DNA of 64,000 nt from Blastocatellia bacterium (GTDB lineage Bacteria; Acidobacteriota; Blastocatellia; UBA7656). Below the pieces are notes generated by a model that ran no database searches, was not told the origin of the DNA, and saw nothing but the letters and a program-made list of their open reading frames with translations. How positions within the stretch are numbered: position 1 is the stretch's first letter; every line of letters begins with the position of its first letter. Positions 8,275-17,663 of this stretch are shown piece after piece. The stretch spans positions 97,967 to 161,966 of the forward strand of contig DATDOV010000066.1 of assembly GCA_035293105.1 (NCBI GenBank), in the 5' to 3' direction. Both the position numbers and the translations under genes were made by a program.

Positions 8275-11200
8275 TTGGATGGCAAGCCTACGTTGAATCT
8301 AAAGGCCGAACTGCTGAAATACGGCGCTTCGAGCGACAGCATTCGTTCGCTTGGCGGACCCCCATCGTTGGAATTGCTCGACTACTTGGATTTGGTTGAA
8401 CGACCGGAGCCACGCCCGGGATTGTGGCCCCATTGTGTTGTGGAGAATCAGGGAAGACCGCTCCTGTTCGTTGTCGATGAAAGCGGCCTTGCGCTCCCCC
8501 CGGTGGAGTCACCAGCCGAGTTCGAGAACCTTCGGCGTTTGCTCGCTTGTCGGGGTGAGCGCTCCTACCTGGCCCGAGTGTTGCCAGGCGAATTGAAGGT
8601 CGTTCCGGTGGGCTTCGGGCCACTCCCCGGCTGGAAAACATACCGCCCTGGCACAGGCGACGCGACGACCTTTGTATCCAGACTGGCGTTTGGCGAGTAT
8701 GACGGCACCGGGGAACCGAGAGACACAGACTTTGTCTTCACCGAGATGTTTGAGCTGCTGACGGGAGTCGCCAATCGGCTGGTGGGAGCGATAAGCAAGC
8801 TTGACGTGCTATCGCTAATCGGCCGAGCCCTGTTCTTTCGCTTTTTGCGTGACCGCCACGTAGTAACCGACAGAGACACTCACGCGGTCGCACCAAGGGC
8901 AATCGAACTCCTCGCTTGTTTCGATAACGCGACGAACGCGGAAGCGACATGCCAATGGCTTGACCGCACTTTTAACGGCGATTTTCTGCCTCTAAGCGAT
9001 GGTGGCAGCGGACTATTCTTCGAGCGCGTAGAAGGGGAAACTAACGGCAGCGTCTTTTCAGAACTCAGCGCTATTCTCCGAAGCGAGAAGCCGGTCGGAA
9101 AGCAGAGCTATCAACTCCAGTTTGATTGGTCCGATTTCGACTTTGCGCACGTGCCGGTCGGTCTTCTGAGCCAGGTCTATGAAGCCTTCTGCTGGAAATG
9201 GGAGCCTCACCTTTCGAAGGAGACCAGCGTTCACTACACGCCGCGCGGCATAGCGGCAACGCTTGTGGGTGAGGTTTTCGACAAGCTGAGCGACGCCCAC
9301 AAGGCTCGCGTGCTGGACCCGGCATGCGGTGCGGGTATCTTCCTGGTACTGGCATTTCGTCGGCTCTATCGCGAGCATTGGAATGCGTTCGGAAAACGCC
9401 CAGATACAACGGATATTCGCAAAATCCTAGAAAGGCAACTCGTCGGATTCGACACCAGTGATTTTGCCCTCAGACTTGCCGCCCTTAGCCTTTACCTTAC
9501 CGCGATCGAACTGGACCCGAACCCAGTTCCACCTGAGAAGCTCAGTTTCAGAGCGCCTCTGCGCGATCGCGTACTGTTCAACTTCGGGCACCCAGACAAT
9601 GATCACGCTGCGGGATTCGAGATTGGTAGCCTCGGGCCAGAGGTGGACACGAGCTTTGATGGCGGATTTCATATAGTGTTGAGTAACCCGCCTTGGACTA
9701 CCTTACCTCCCGAGAAGAAGGAACTCGCGAAACAACTCGAAGAAGCCACCAGGTCTGTCATCCGTCGAAAGGGAGAGGTTGACATGGCGGGTGCTTACCA
9801 CAACCCCGACAACTCACCCGATCTCCCATTCATTTGGAAGGCAACGGAATGGTGTATGCCCGATGGACGTATCGCGATGGCATTGCCGGCCCGAATCCTG
9901 ATGAAGCAGGAGGAGACGCCGCGCTTTGCTCGTGAAATGCTGTTTCGTTTGGTAGAGGTGACTGGCATCATCAACGGTTCGAACGTTTCGGATACGAGAG
10001 TCTGGCGAAAGATGAATCAGCCGTTCATGCTTCTCTTTGCCAGGAACGGCCGGCCACGCAAGAGCGGAGTCCTTAGACTGATAACTCCTTACTACGACGC
10101 CCATCTCAATCGCCGGGGCGAAGTCAGGGTGGACTCAAAATCTTCCTATCCCCTCGAGGTGCAGGCCGCTCTGGATGAACCCTGGGTATGGAAGACACTT
10201 GCTATAGGCAGTTCTCTGGACGTTGACGTGGTGAGAAAGATAAAACGCTCGTCGGAAGTATCACTAAAGGATTACTGGGATGACCTCGAACTAGCGAGTG
10301 GGCAGGGTTATCAAATAGCCGATGACCAGGTTCAAAGCGATGCCGAGTTTCTGAAGGGCCTTCCGAACTTGGACTCGACCGATAAATTCCAGTTTGTCGT
10401 TGAGGCCGGAGAACTGAGTTCATTTGACCGAGAGACGCTTTGTTGGCCGCGAAAGGAGGAAATTTACGAACCTCCTCTGCTGCTCGCAAAGGCAGCACCT
10501 GGCAGTGACCGCAAATCAGGGCGGGCGCTGCTATGCCTAGAGAAGATCGCGTACAACGAAAGCTATTTTGGCTATTCCGCAGCCGGACATCCGGATGGGG
10601 AGTTTCTCATTCGCTATATACATCTATTCGCCCATAGTAACGTCTGGCTTTATTATGTGCTCATGACAAGCTCGGAGTTTGGCGCCGAACGACGCAAACT
10701 TCACAAGGCGGATTTGGATAGATGCCCGTTTCTTCTCCCCGAGCGACTGACTGCCGAACAGCGCCAAAAGGTGCTTCTTCTATCTGAAAGACTGGTCTCA
10801 AAAGACGTGACTGTGTTCGATGACATAGACACTTTCTTCTGCAGTCTATATGGCTTGGGCAAGCTCGAGATCGAGACCCTAAGGGACACTCTGGACGTCG
10901 GCCTGCCCTACAAGTCTGCGCGGCAACGCGCATGCGGACGTGCCAAACCCGAAGAAAGTGATAGCTTTTGTCGCCGAGTGGAGACGCTACTCCGGCCCTT
11001 TTTCAAGGTCATGGGGAACGAACCACGGGTCCGTGCGTGGGAGCCCAGTGACCCTTATGCAGCTTCTCACGCCCCGTTCGCCGTTATGGTAGTTAGCCGC
11101 ACTGATCGCACCGCACCGCTACCCGACGAGCTGTTTCGTACAACCATCCTGCCTCTTGCGAACGAAACTGGCGCGACCCGGATAATTCTGGAGCTAGACG

Positions 11201-11310
11201 GTGGGTTAGTAATTGGAATACTCAATCAGTATCGCTACTGGACACAAAGCAGAGCGAGGCTACTCGCGGGTGAATTGCTGGGCAATCACATGAGCGTATT
11301 CGAGACGTGA
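8275..11310 (+). CDS. Large 1011-aa protein with a gamma-class N6-adenine DNA methyltransferase core and long N- and C-terminal extensions. The architecture resembles Type IIG or IIL restriction-modification enzymes.
   Basis: Motif X-like VHYTPRGIAATLVGEVF, motif I RVLDPACGAGIFLVLAFRRL and motif IV VLSNPPW occur in gamma order. An MTase-like continuation (DGRIAMALPARIL) follows. The helical segment LIGRALFFRFLRDRHVV resembles the connector of MmeI-like enzymes. The gene has lower GC and a different codon flavour than neighbouring genes. Confidence 0.7.
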   Translation: MDGKPTLNLKAELLKYGASSDSIRSLGGPPSLELLDYLDLVERPEPRPGLWPHCVVENQGRPLLFVVDESGLALPPVESPAEFENLRRLLACRGERSYLARVLPGELKVVPVGFGPLPGWKTYRPGTGDATTFVSRLAFGEYDGTGEPRDTDFVFTEMFELLTGVANRLVGAISKLDVLSLIGRALFFRFLRDRHVVTDRDTHAVAPRAIELLACFDNATNAEATCQWLDRTFNGDFLPLSDGGSGLFFERVEGETNGSVFSELSAILRSEKPVGKQSYQLQFDWSDFDFAHVPVGLLSQVYEAFCWKWEPHLSKETSVHYTPRGIAATLVGEVFDKLSDAHKARVLDPACGAGIFLVLAFRRLYREHWNAFGKRPDTTDIRKILERQLVGFDTSDFALRLAALSLYLTAIELDPNPVPPEKLSFRAPLRDRVLFNFGHPDNDHAAGFEIGSLGPEVDTSFDGGFHIVLSNPPWTTLPPEKKELAKQLEEATRSVIRRKGEVDMAGAYHNPDNSPDLPFIWKATEWCMPDGRIAMALPARILMKQEETPRFAREMLFRLVEVTGIINGSNVSDTRVWRKMNQPFMLLFARNGRPRKSGVLRLITPYYDAHLNRRGEVRVDSKSSYPLEVQAALDEPWVWKTLAIGSSLDVDVVRKIKRSSEVSLKDYWDDLELASGQGYQIADDQVQSDAEFLKGLPNLDSTDKFQFVVEAGELSSFDRETLCWPRKEEIYEPPLLLAKAAPGSDRKSGRALLCLEKIAYNESYFGYSAAGHPDGEFLIRYIHLFAHSNVWLYYVLMTSSEFGAERRKLHKADLDRCPFLLPERLTAEQRQKVLLLSERLVSKDVTVFDDIDTFFCSLYGLGKLEIETLRDTLDVGLPYKSARQRACGRAKPEESDSFCRRVETLLRPFFKVMGNEPRVRAWEPSDPYAASHAPFAVMVVSRTDRTAPLPDELFRTTILPLANETGATRIILELDGGLVIGILNQYRYWTQSRARLLAGELLGNHMSVFET

Positions 11311-12029
11311 TTATGCCATATGGTTTTTACGATAAGCCAAGAGTCATAGAACTACCGCACCCGCCGGTAGCGCTCGCTGTCTTTCTCACCGTCGAGGCAG
11401 CGATGCTGGCCGCTTGGAATATCTTGCGTGTCAGACGCCGTCCAGGCTTCGACCTCTCGAATGCGGACGAAGACATCGTGACTCAGGAGCTTTATGAAGT
11501 CCTGTCCGACCAAGTGTTTGATAAGGGAGTCGTCGGCGGGTTTGACCGCGAACTTTTTACCGACATTAATCGCGAGTCGAAGTTTCGCAGTTACAACTAT
11601 GCCCATCTGGACAAGATGCCTGATCTGAACATTGGCCTTGTCGGCAGACAAGCTTTCTATCCGTCGCAGGACCGGATTTTCATGGAATGCAAGCCAGTAG
11701 ACTCAACGCACACCGTCGGTAAGCACTACTGCGGAATGGGCATTTTTCGGTTCGTCCGCGGGGAATATGCATGGACCATGACTAGCGTATTGATGATTGG
11801 CTACGTCCGCGAAGACTATAGGATAGTCCCAAAACTGACCGATGCCCTCAAGAGGGTGTCACACGAGATCAGTACTATCGGTGATCCGTATCAGTGCAGC
11901 AAATCCGAAGCCTCTTTGATCAGCGAGGCCGTCTACATTAGTCACCACGCTCGGAGGTTTGAGTACGTCGAAACTAGGTTGGCCGCTCCAGACATAACGA
12001 TCCGTCACCTCTGGCTACGTCGGGATTGA
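11307..12029 (+). CDS. Small 240-aa protein with a PD-(D/E)xK-like nuclease signature. It is translationally coupled to the upstream methyltransferase protein.
   Basis: The start overlaps the upstream stop (ATGA). The motif arrangement E(LFTDINRESKF) ... D(KMPDLNIG) ... ECK(IFMECKPVD) fits the E-(P)D-(D/E)xK pattern of restriction-endonuclease-like folds. It has the same low-GC character as the upstream gene. Confidence 0.45.
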   Translation: MIMPYGFYDKPRVIELPHPPVALAVFLTVEAAMLAAWNILRVRRRPGFDLSNADEDIVTQELYEVLSDQVFDKGVVGGFDRELFTDINRESKFRSYNYAHLDKMPDLNIGLVGRQAFYPSQDRIFMECKPVDSTHTVGKHYCGMGIFRFVRGEYAWTMTSVLMIGYVREDYRIVPKLTDALKRVSHEISTIGDPYQCSKSEASLISEAVYISHHARRFEYVETRLAAPDITIRHLWLRRD

Positions 12030-12225
12030 ATCACTGCCTGCTCGGAAAGTCTTCGTTTGTAATTTCCAGCCCAGACCAATCCTGGCACCGCGGGCTTGGT
12101 TAGAACATAGACGATCATCACAAGGTAATGACCCCACCTTTAGCCAGCGAGGAGCGCTTCTTCGCGGCCCGATTAATCATCCGTTGAATCAACTGCAACG
12201 AATTATTCCGCTACCAACTACTGAC

Positions 12226-15093
12226 TCATCGTCTTCCCGCCCACACACTGAAGACCGTCCCGCCGCCGGCTTGCGCGCCCCACTCGACCTCCGCTTCAAT
12301 CAAACTCGCGCGCGAGCGGATGTTCGCAAGCCCGCGCCCATTCGAAACACTCCTCGCCGCAGCATCAAATCCCCTGCCGTTGTCCTCAAGCCGAATCACC
12401 CAACGGCCCTCCGAGTCGCACGACACTTCCAACCGCACGTGCGTCGCCCCCGAGTGGCGGCACACGTTGCTGATCGCTTCCTGAACGATTCGATAGACCT
12501 GAATCTGGACGGCAGGCGCGAGTCGCAGCTTCTCTTCGATGGCTTCATCGCAAGCGAACTCGTACTCGAACCTTCCCTCCGCCGGCATGTGCGCGACCGC
12601 GTCCGCAACCGCCCACTCGAGCGCCGCCGCCAACCCGACATTCGCGAGCGCCGACGGGCTCAGGTCTTCGCATATCCGCCGAATCTCCGTCGATACCGCT
12701 TCGATCTCGTTGCGAAAGACCGCCGGCTCGATCCCGTCGCGTCGCTCGTCACCCTCGCGCGCCGGCAGTTGATCGGTCATCAACAGCAATCGTCTCAAGT
12801 CCGCCAGCGTCTGGTCGTGCAAGTCGCGCGCGATCCTCCGCCTCTCTGTCTCCGTTTCGTTGGCCAACTGCATTCGAGTCTCGGCAAGCTGCCGATTCGC
12901 ATCGCCGAGCGCGACGTTGCTTGCGGCCATCCGCTTGTTCTGACGGTGGCCCCACCACATCGCCACGAGCGCCAATCCGAGCAGCGCCGCAAGCGCCGTC
13001 GTCGTCCACGGAAAGGGCGCGCGCGCGACTCGAAACTCGAGCGCAAGCGGCTCTGAAACCACCAGGTCGTTGGTGAACGCGCGCGCTTCGATGCGATACC
13101 GGCCGGGCGTCAGGTTCTCGATCAGGAACTGCGAATCGCGCGCGAGCTTATGCCTGAGCGGCCTGCCCGCCGAATCCAGAAGGGAGAACGAATACTGAAA
13201 CTGCTCGGGGAATGTGCGGCCGCTCAGCGCCTCCACGTCGAGCGCGAGGCTGTTTTGCGGATAATCGAGATCGAGCCCCGCGCGAATCTCGTCGGGTTGG
13301 AACACCCGCTTGCTCATCACCCGCGCGGCTCGAAGCTGCGGAGCGACGCGGCCCGGAACGTAGCGCGCAACCCCGTGACTGGTCCCGACCCACAACACTT
13401 CTTCGCCCGATGCGCCGGTGGTGCTCAGAATCGCGAACGCATTCTCCGAAGGAAGACCCTGCTCCGTGTCGAGCCGCGCGACAATGGCTTCGCCTCCTTC
13501 GTCGAGCAGCACCTTGTAGAGCCCTCCGCCCGCGGTCACGCACCATGCCGCGTCGCCCTTAGCCGTCACTCTTCGCACGTCGTTGCCTTTAAGCGGCCAG
13601 AGCAACTCACCCGCGCGAAGCGCCGCAAGGCCTCGTGGCACCGCGACCCACAACACCCCGTCGCTCGTTCCGCCAATCGACCAGGCCGTCTCGTTGCTCA
13701 AACCGTCGAGCGCGGCGTCGCGTCGGACCTCTTTGCCGTCGAAGACGAGGACGCCGCCGTCCGCCGCGCCGATCCACAAGCGCTTGCCGTCGTCGGAGTG
13801 CAGGCTGACGAGCGAGTCATTCGCCCAGACGAGCGTGCGGCGATCTCGTTCCAGTCGCTCGAGACCTCGCCCGAAGCCCGCAATGTAAAACGAGCCTTGA
13901 AACTCGCAGATGGCCCGCACGCTTCCGGCGTCCCGGTCATCGGTTTTGACTCTTGTAAAGAGCCGTGAGCCCGCGAGCGCACCCGGCACTCCGCGAGCGC
14001 GCCGCTGCCGGGTCGTCGGCTTCGCGCCGGTGAATAGACCCGAGGCCGTACCGACGAGCAGATGTTCGGGTGCGTCTTCGGCAATCGAGTGAACCGTGTG
14101 GCCGCGTAGCTCAGGGACCTCAACCCAGCGATCGGCGCTCTTGTCGCGAACGAAGAGACCTCGATTCGTCCCGCACCATATCCATCCGTCTCGCGATTGA
14201 AAGAGCGCGCGGGCGAAGTTGCTCTCCGGACGATCGGAGACGGCTTCGATTCGAAGGCTGTTCGGATCGTAACGGCACGCGCCGCGATCGGTCCCGAACC
14301 AGATCACGCCTTCGCGATCGACGAAGACAGCGTAGATGTGATTCGACCGAAGCCCGCCTGCGGTGTTCTCAAACGTGAAGTGCTCGAGTTGGCGGGAGCC
14401 TCGATAGAGAAACGCGCCGTGACCATCTGAGACGATCCAGAGGTTGCCGTTTTGGTCGGGCGTCAGGGCCGTCACTTCGCGCGCGGGCACGGCCGGCGGT
14501 CGCATCGTCTCTCGGCTTTGGCCCGCCGCGCTTTGGTCGACGGTCGTCCGAGCGCCCGGTGACGGGCCTCGCGCGTCGGAGTCGGCAACAGGTTTGAATT
14601 CACCGTCGATCAGACGCACTGTGCCCGAGGCGGTTCCAATTCGGAGTGCACCGTCGTCGTCGATTTTGATAGCACGCACTCCGCCTAATGGAAGACCCTC
14701 AGCAGTGATCTTCTGAACACGGCGGCCGTCGTAGCGAGCGAGGCCGTTGTCGGTTCCGAACCAGATGAAGCCCTCGCGGTCCTGGGCTATGGCTCGCACG
14801 TGATCGGAGGGCAGGCCGTGGAACAACGTGACCGCGCCCCACTGATGGAGGTTTGTTGAGGGAGTTTGGAGCGCGGGCGTTTGCGCCGGAACTGCGCGCA
14901 GCGCGAGACACGTGAGCAGCACGCCGGCGAGGGAAGACCAGCCTTCAATCAAGCACAGTGCCCGCGCAGAAGGATAGGTCGCTGACTGGCCCAAGCTACT
15001 CGGTTTGCTTCTCACTTCGTGGAGTCTCATCACGACCCAAAATGTAGCCCGGAGCTCTTCATTAGGGTCCGAATGTTCGACGCTTGCGAACAC
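12226..15093 (-). CDS. Hybrid-architecture sensor histidine kinase. It has an extracytoplasmic two-component-regulator beta-propeller with Y_Y_Y-like repeats, a TM segment, a HisKA_3 dimerisation domain and a HATPase_c domain.
   Basis: Repeated WIGT/WFGT/WVGT propeller motifs, one TM helix (ALAALLGLALVAMWW), a NarL-class H-box (IARDLHDQTLADL) and a C-terminal ATPase G-boxes region. The true start is probably downstream of the ORF start. Confidence 0.8.
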   Translation of the reverse strand: MFASVEHSDPNEELRATFWVVMRLHEVRSKPSSLGQSATYPSARALCLIEGWSSLAGVLLTCLALRAVPAQTPALQTPSTNLHQWGAVTLFHGLPSDHVRAIAQDREGFIWFGTDNGLARYDGRRVQKITAEGLPLGGVRAIKIDDDGALRIGTASGTVRLIDGEFKPVADSDARGPSPGARTTVDQSAAGQSRETMRPPAVPAREVTALTPDQNGNLWIVSDGHGAFLYRGSRQLEHFTFENTAGGLRSNHIYAVFVDREGVIWFGTDRGACRYDPNSLRIEAVSDRPESNFARALFQSRDGWIWCGTNRGLFVRDKSADRWVEVPELRGHTVHSIAEDAPEHLLVGTASGLFTGAKPTTRQRRARGVPGALAGSRLFTRVKTDDRDAGSVRAICEFQGSFYIAGFGRGLERLERDRRTLVWANDSLVSLHSDDGKRLWIGAADGGVLVFDGKEVRRDAALDGLSNETAWSIGGTSDGVLWVAVPRGLAALRAGELLWPLKGNDVRRVTAKGDAAWCVTAGGGLYKVLLDEGGEAIVARLDTEQGLPSENAFAILSTTGASGEEVLWVGTSHGVARYVPGRVAPQLRAARVMSKRVFQPDEIRAGLDLDYPQNSLALDVEALSGRTFPEQFQYSFSLLDSAGRPLRHKLARDSQFLIENLTPGRYRIEARAFTNDLVVSEPLALEFRVARAPFPWTTTALAALLGLALVAMWWGHRQNKRMAASNVALGDANRQLAETRMQLANETETERRRIARDLHDQTLADLRRLLLMTDQLPAREGDERRDGIEPAVFRNEIEAVSTEIRRICEDLSPSALANVGLAAALEWAVADAVAHMPAEGRFEYEFACDEAIEEKLRLAPAVQIQVYRIVQEAISNVCRHSGATHVRLEVSCDSEGRWVIRLEDNGRGFDAAARSVSNGRGLANIRSRASLIEAEVEWGAQAGGGTVFSVWAGRR

Positions 15094-15100
15094 GTGACTT

Positions 15101-15880
15101 CTAATTCTCTATTCCACTCTTGCCGCGCGGGGCTTGCTCCTCCAGGTACCTCTTCCGGTCGCGGTCGATCCAACCCTCCAGCTCCTTCGCGGCCTTCTCA
15201 AGCTCGTCGCTGTTCAACAATCCGCGCCGCAGCGCTTCGAAGAACGCCCTCGTGCGAATGTTATAGGCCAGCTTGTCGTAAGCTTCGTTGGGCGTTCCTT
15301 CGGGCGATGACGCGAACAACTTCTCATACAAGGTCGCCAGCCGGCTCTCGACCCCACGAAGGCTCAGGCTGCACTTGCGCGCGATGGCCCAGTTCGACAG
15401 CCCAAGCGCGAGGTAGTACAACGCCTCGGCTTCGAACTCGGTCAGCAGCGGCCGCTTGAACGAGTCTTTGAACGCCGGGTCGATCATATCGGCGCCGTCT
15501 TCGAGGACCGCGGCGACGAAGCGCAGGAAGCGAGTCTCGGGGTTGTTCTTGTCGATGAAACCGTAAGCGGGCTGGGGCTGGACCGACTTGATGATCTTGC
15601 GAATCTCGTTGATGTAGATCTCGTGAGGGAACTGGGTCCAGAAGATTATTCGCGCGGCCGGAAAGCCTCGCCATATCGCGCGCGCGGCTTTGACACCCGA
15701 GAGCTTCGGCATCTGGATGTCGAGCACGCAGAGCTCCGGCCGGTGACGCAGCGCAAGCTCGACCGTCGTTTCGCCGTCGCCCGCTTCGATGACCGGTGCG
15801 CGCGAGGGGAACTCGCGTTCGAGCAGTTCGCGCAGGTAGCTGCGTTGAGCGACGTTGTCTTCGGCGATTAGTATGGACAT
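15101..15880 (-). CDS. Response regulator with a CheY-like receiver and a LuxR/FixJ-type HTH, plus an extended C-terminal tail.
   Basis: Receiver consensus (LIAEDN ... LDIQMPK), HTH (EALYYLALGLSNWAIARKCSLSLRGVESRLATLYEKL), about 50 extra C-terminal residues. Confidence 0.8.
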   Translation of the reverse strand: MSILIAEDNVAQRSYLRELLEREFPSRAPVIEAGDGETTVELALRHRPELCVLDIQMPKLSGVKAARAIWRGFPAARIIFWTQFPHEIYINEIRKIIKSVQPQPAYGFIDKNNPETRFLRFVAAVLEDGADMIDPAFKDSFKRPLLTEFEAEALYYLALGLSNWAIARKCSLSLRGVESRLATLYEKLFASSPEGTPNEAYDKLAYNIRTRAFFEALRRGLLNSDELEKAAKELEGWIDRDRKRYLEEQAPRGKSGIEN

Positions 15881-16076
15881 ATTCCCATCGTACCGGTTTG
15901 TTGCCTTGGCAGATGAGTCCGGCGGCTCTGATGCTATGACCGCTTGCGCGGTTGGTCAATGTGGTTACCCTCAGTCAACCGTAGCGTGTTAGCCCGCCGC
16001 TCGCGCCGGGACCTCCCTCCTCGATCCTGTTGGCGCCCGCGTTACCGATTCCATCCCCGCCGACAATAATGTCCGC

Positions 16077-17663
16077 GTGCTGGCGCCGACAGCGAACTTC
16101 ATCCGCAGCCACGCGAGACTCTCGCTCCTAATCGCGAGCCTGGCGATCGCACCCTGCGCATGGCTTGTGTGGGCTGCGCACTCGCGGCCGCGAGCGTGGG
16201 CCGTCCGTGAAGTCCCGATAGCCTTCTGGGCGTGGCAATCCAACGCGCCCGCGCAAGCAGACGTAGAGCGGGCCCTCCATCAGACCGGCGCGCGAACCTT
16301 GTTCATGCGAGCCGGCCAGCTCGACTACGAGCGCGGAACGTGCCGTCTTATCCGCGCAGCGAGCGGGCCGTTCCCGCGCGGCGTCGAGTTGCACCTCGTC
16401 TACAATGCGACGCCCGACTTGCTCGCCGCCTTCGAGACCATCGACATTCAAGCGCTCGTTTCTGCGATTGCCGAAACCTACGCGGCGGATTCTGAGCGCG
16501 CCGCTAGGGGGCGCGCCGAGGTCGCCGGGCTTCAACTCGACCTCGACGTTCCCACGCGGCTTCTCCCGAAGTATGAAGGGCTCTTGCGAATGTTGCGCGA
16601 GCGGCTGCCCGAAGGAATCAAGCTTTCGATCACCGGGCTGCCGACCTGGATGAGATCACTTGCGCTGGCAACAGTGCTTGAAGCGGTCGATTTCTGGGTG
16701 CCTCAGTGTTACGGCGCGACGATCCCCGAACAGCTCGAGCGGGCCACACCGATCGCTTCGCTCGCAGCGGTCGCCGATGCGATCGATGGCGCGCGCGGGC
16801 TCGGCCGGCCTTTCTACGCGGGGCTTGCGGCTTATGGCTACGCGATCCACTACTCGCCGGACGGCCGCCGAATTCAAGTGAGCGGGACGTTGGATCCTGA
16901 ACTTGTCGCAAACAGCACGAGCCTCGAGCTTGTTGAGCGCCGGCGGTTCGGCTCGGGTGAGAACTCTTCGAGCGAGTGGCGGCTCGTGTACCGGGCGAGG
17001 GAGGCATGCGTGTTGGGCGGCCTATTCCTGCGCGAGGGCGAGTGGCTGATGCTGGATTTGCCGACTGCCGAATCGTTGCGAGCAGCAGCGCGGACGGTGC
17101 GCGAGCGGGCGGGTCCGCGCTTGCTCGGAGTTTGTGTTTTCCGTCTGCCGTCGGCGAGCGACAAGACCACGCTGACGATCGAAGAGGTCGCCGATGCTCT
17201 GTTGGACCGGCCGCCAAGTGTCGCGCTGGAGGTGACGGCCAAACTCGCGCCACTCTCTCAATCGGCGACACCTGGCGAGCGGACGCGTGTCGAGATCGCC
17301 TGCGTGAACACCGGGTCGACCGGTGCGCTCTGTGGCGAGGATGCATTGATGGTCGAAGCGCAGGTTCCGGCCGGCCGGCTGCGCACAATCGAGCTTAACG
17401 GCTTCGGTTCTTCGGAGACGCTATTCGCGCCGGCAGGAATAGACGGCCGCTCGGACGAAGTCGTTGCGTGCGGGGTCCGGAGAGCGAACCTGGTCAGATT
17501 GATGAAGCGCACGTGGCGACCCGGCGAGACGGCGTTTGTTGTTCTCGAATTCAGCGGGGAGCCGCCGGACGCAACCTCGCTGACGATCAGCGTCCGACGT
17601 GATGAACGAACCGCGTGGCAGGAGACCCGGACGGTTGCGATCGAGAGGGAGAACCGCTGGTGA
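16077..17663 (+). CDS. Membrane-anchored hypothetical protein. It may be DUF3142-like or glycoside-hydrolase-like; the family assignment is uncertain.
   Basis: N-terminal TM helix, then a 480-aa soluble region. It is translationally coupled to the downstream TPR gene. Confidence 0.45.
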   Translation: MLAPTANFIRSHARLSLLIASLAIAPCAWLVWAAHSRPRAWAVREVPIAFWAWQSNAPAQADVERALHQTGARTLFMRAGQLDYERGTCRLIRAASGPFPRGVELHLVYNATPDLLAAFETIDIQALVSAIAETYAADSERAARGRAEVAGLQLDLDVPTRLLPKYEGLLRMLRERLPEGIKLSITGLPTWMRSLALATVLEAVDFWVPQCYGATIPEQLERATPIASLAAVADAIDGARGLGRPFYAGLAAYGYAIHYSPDGRRIQVSGTLDPELVANSTSLELVERRRFGSGENSSSEWRLVYRAREACVLGGLFLREGEWLMLDLPTAESLRAAARTVRERAGPRLLGVCVFRLPSASDKTTLTIEEVADALLDRPPSVALEVTAKLAPLSQSATPGERTRVEIACVNTGSTGALCGEDALMVEAQVPAGRLRTIELNGFGSSETLFAPAGIDGRSDEVVACGVRRANLVRLMKRTWRPGETAFVVLEFSGEPPDATSLTISVRRDERTAWQETRTVAIERENRW

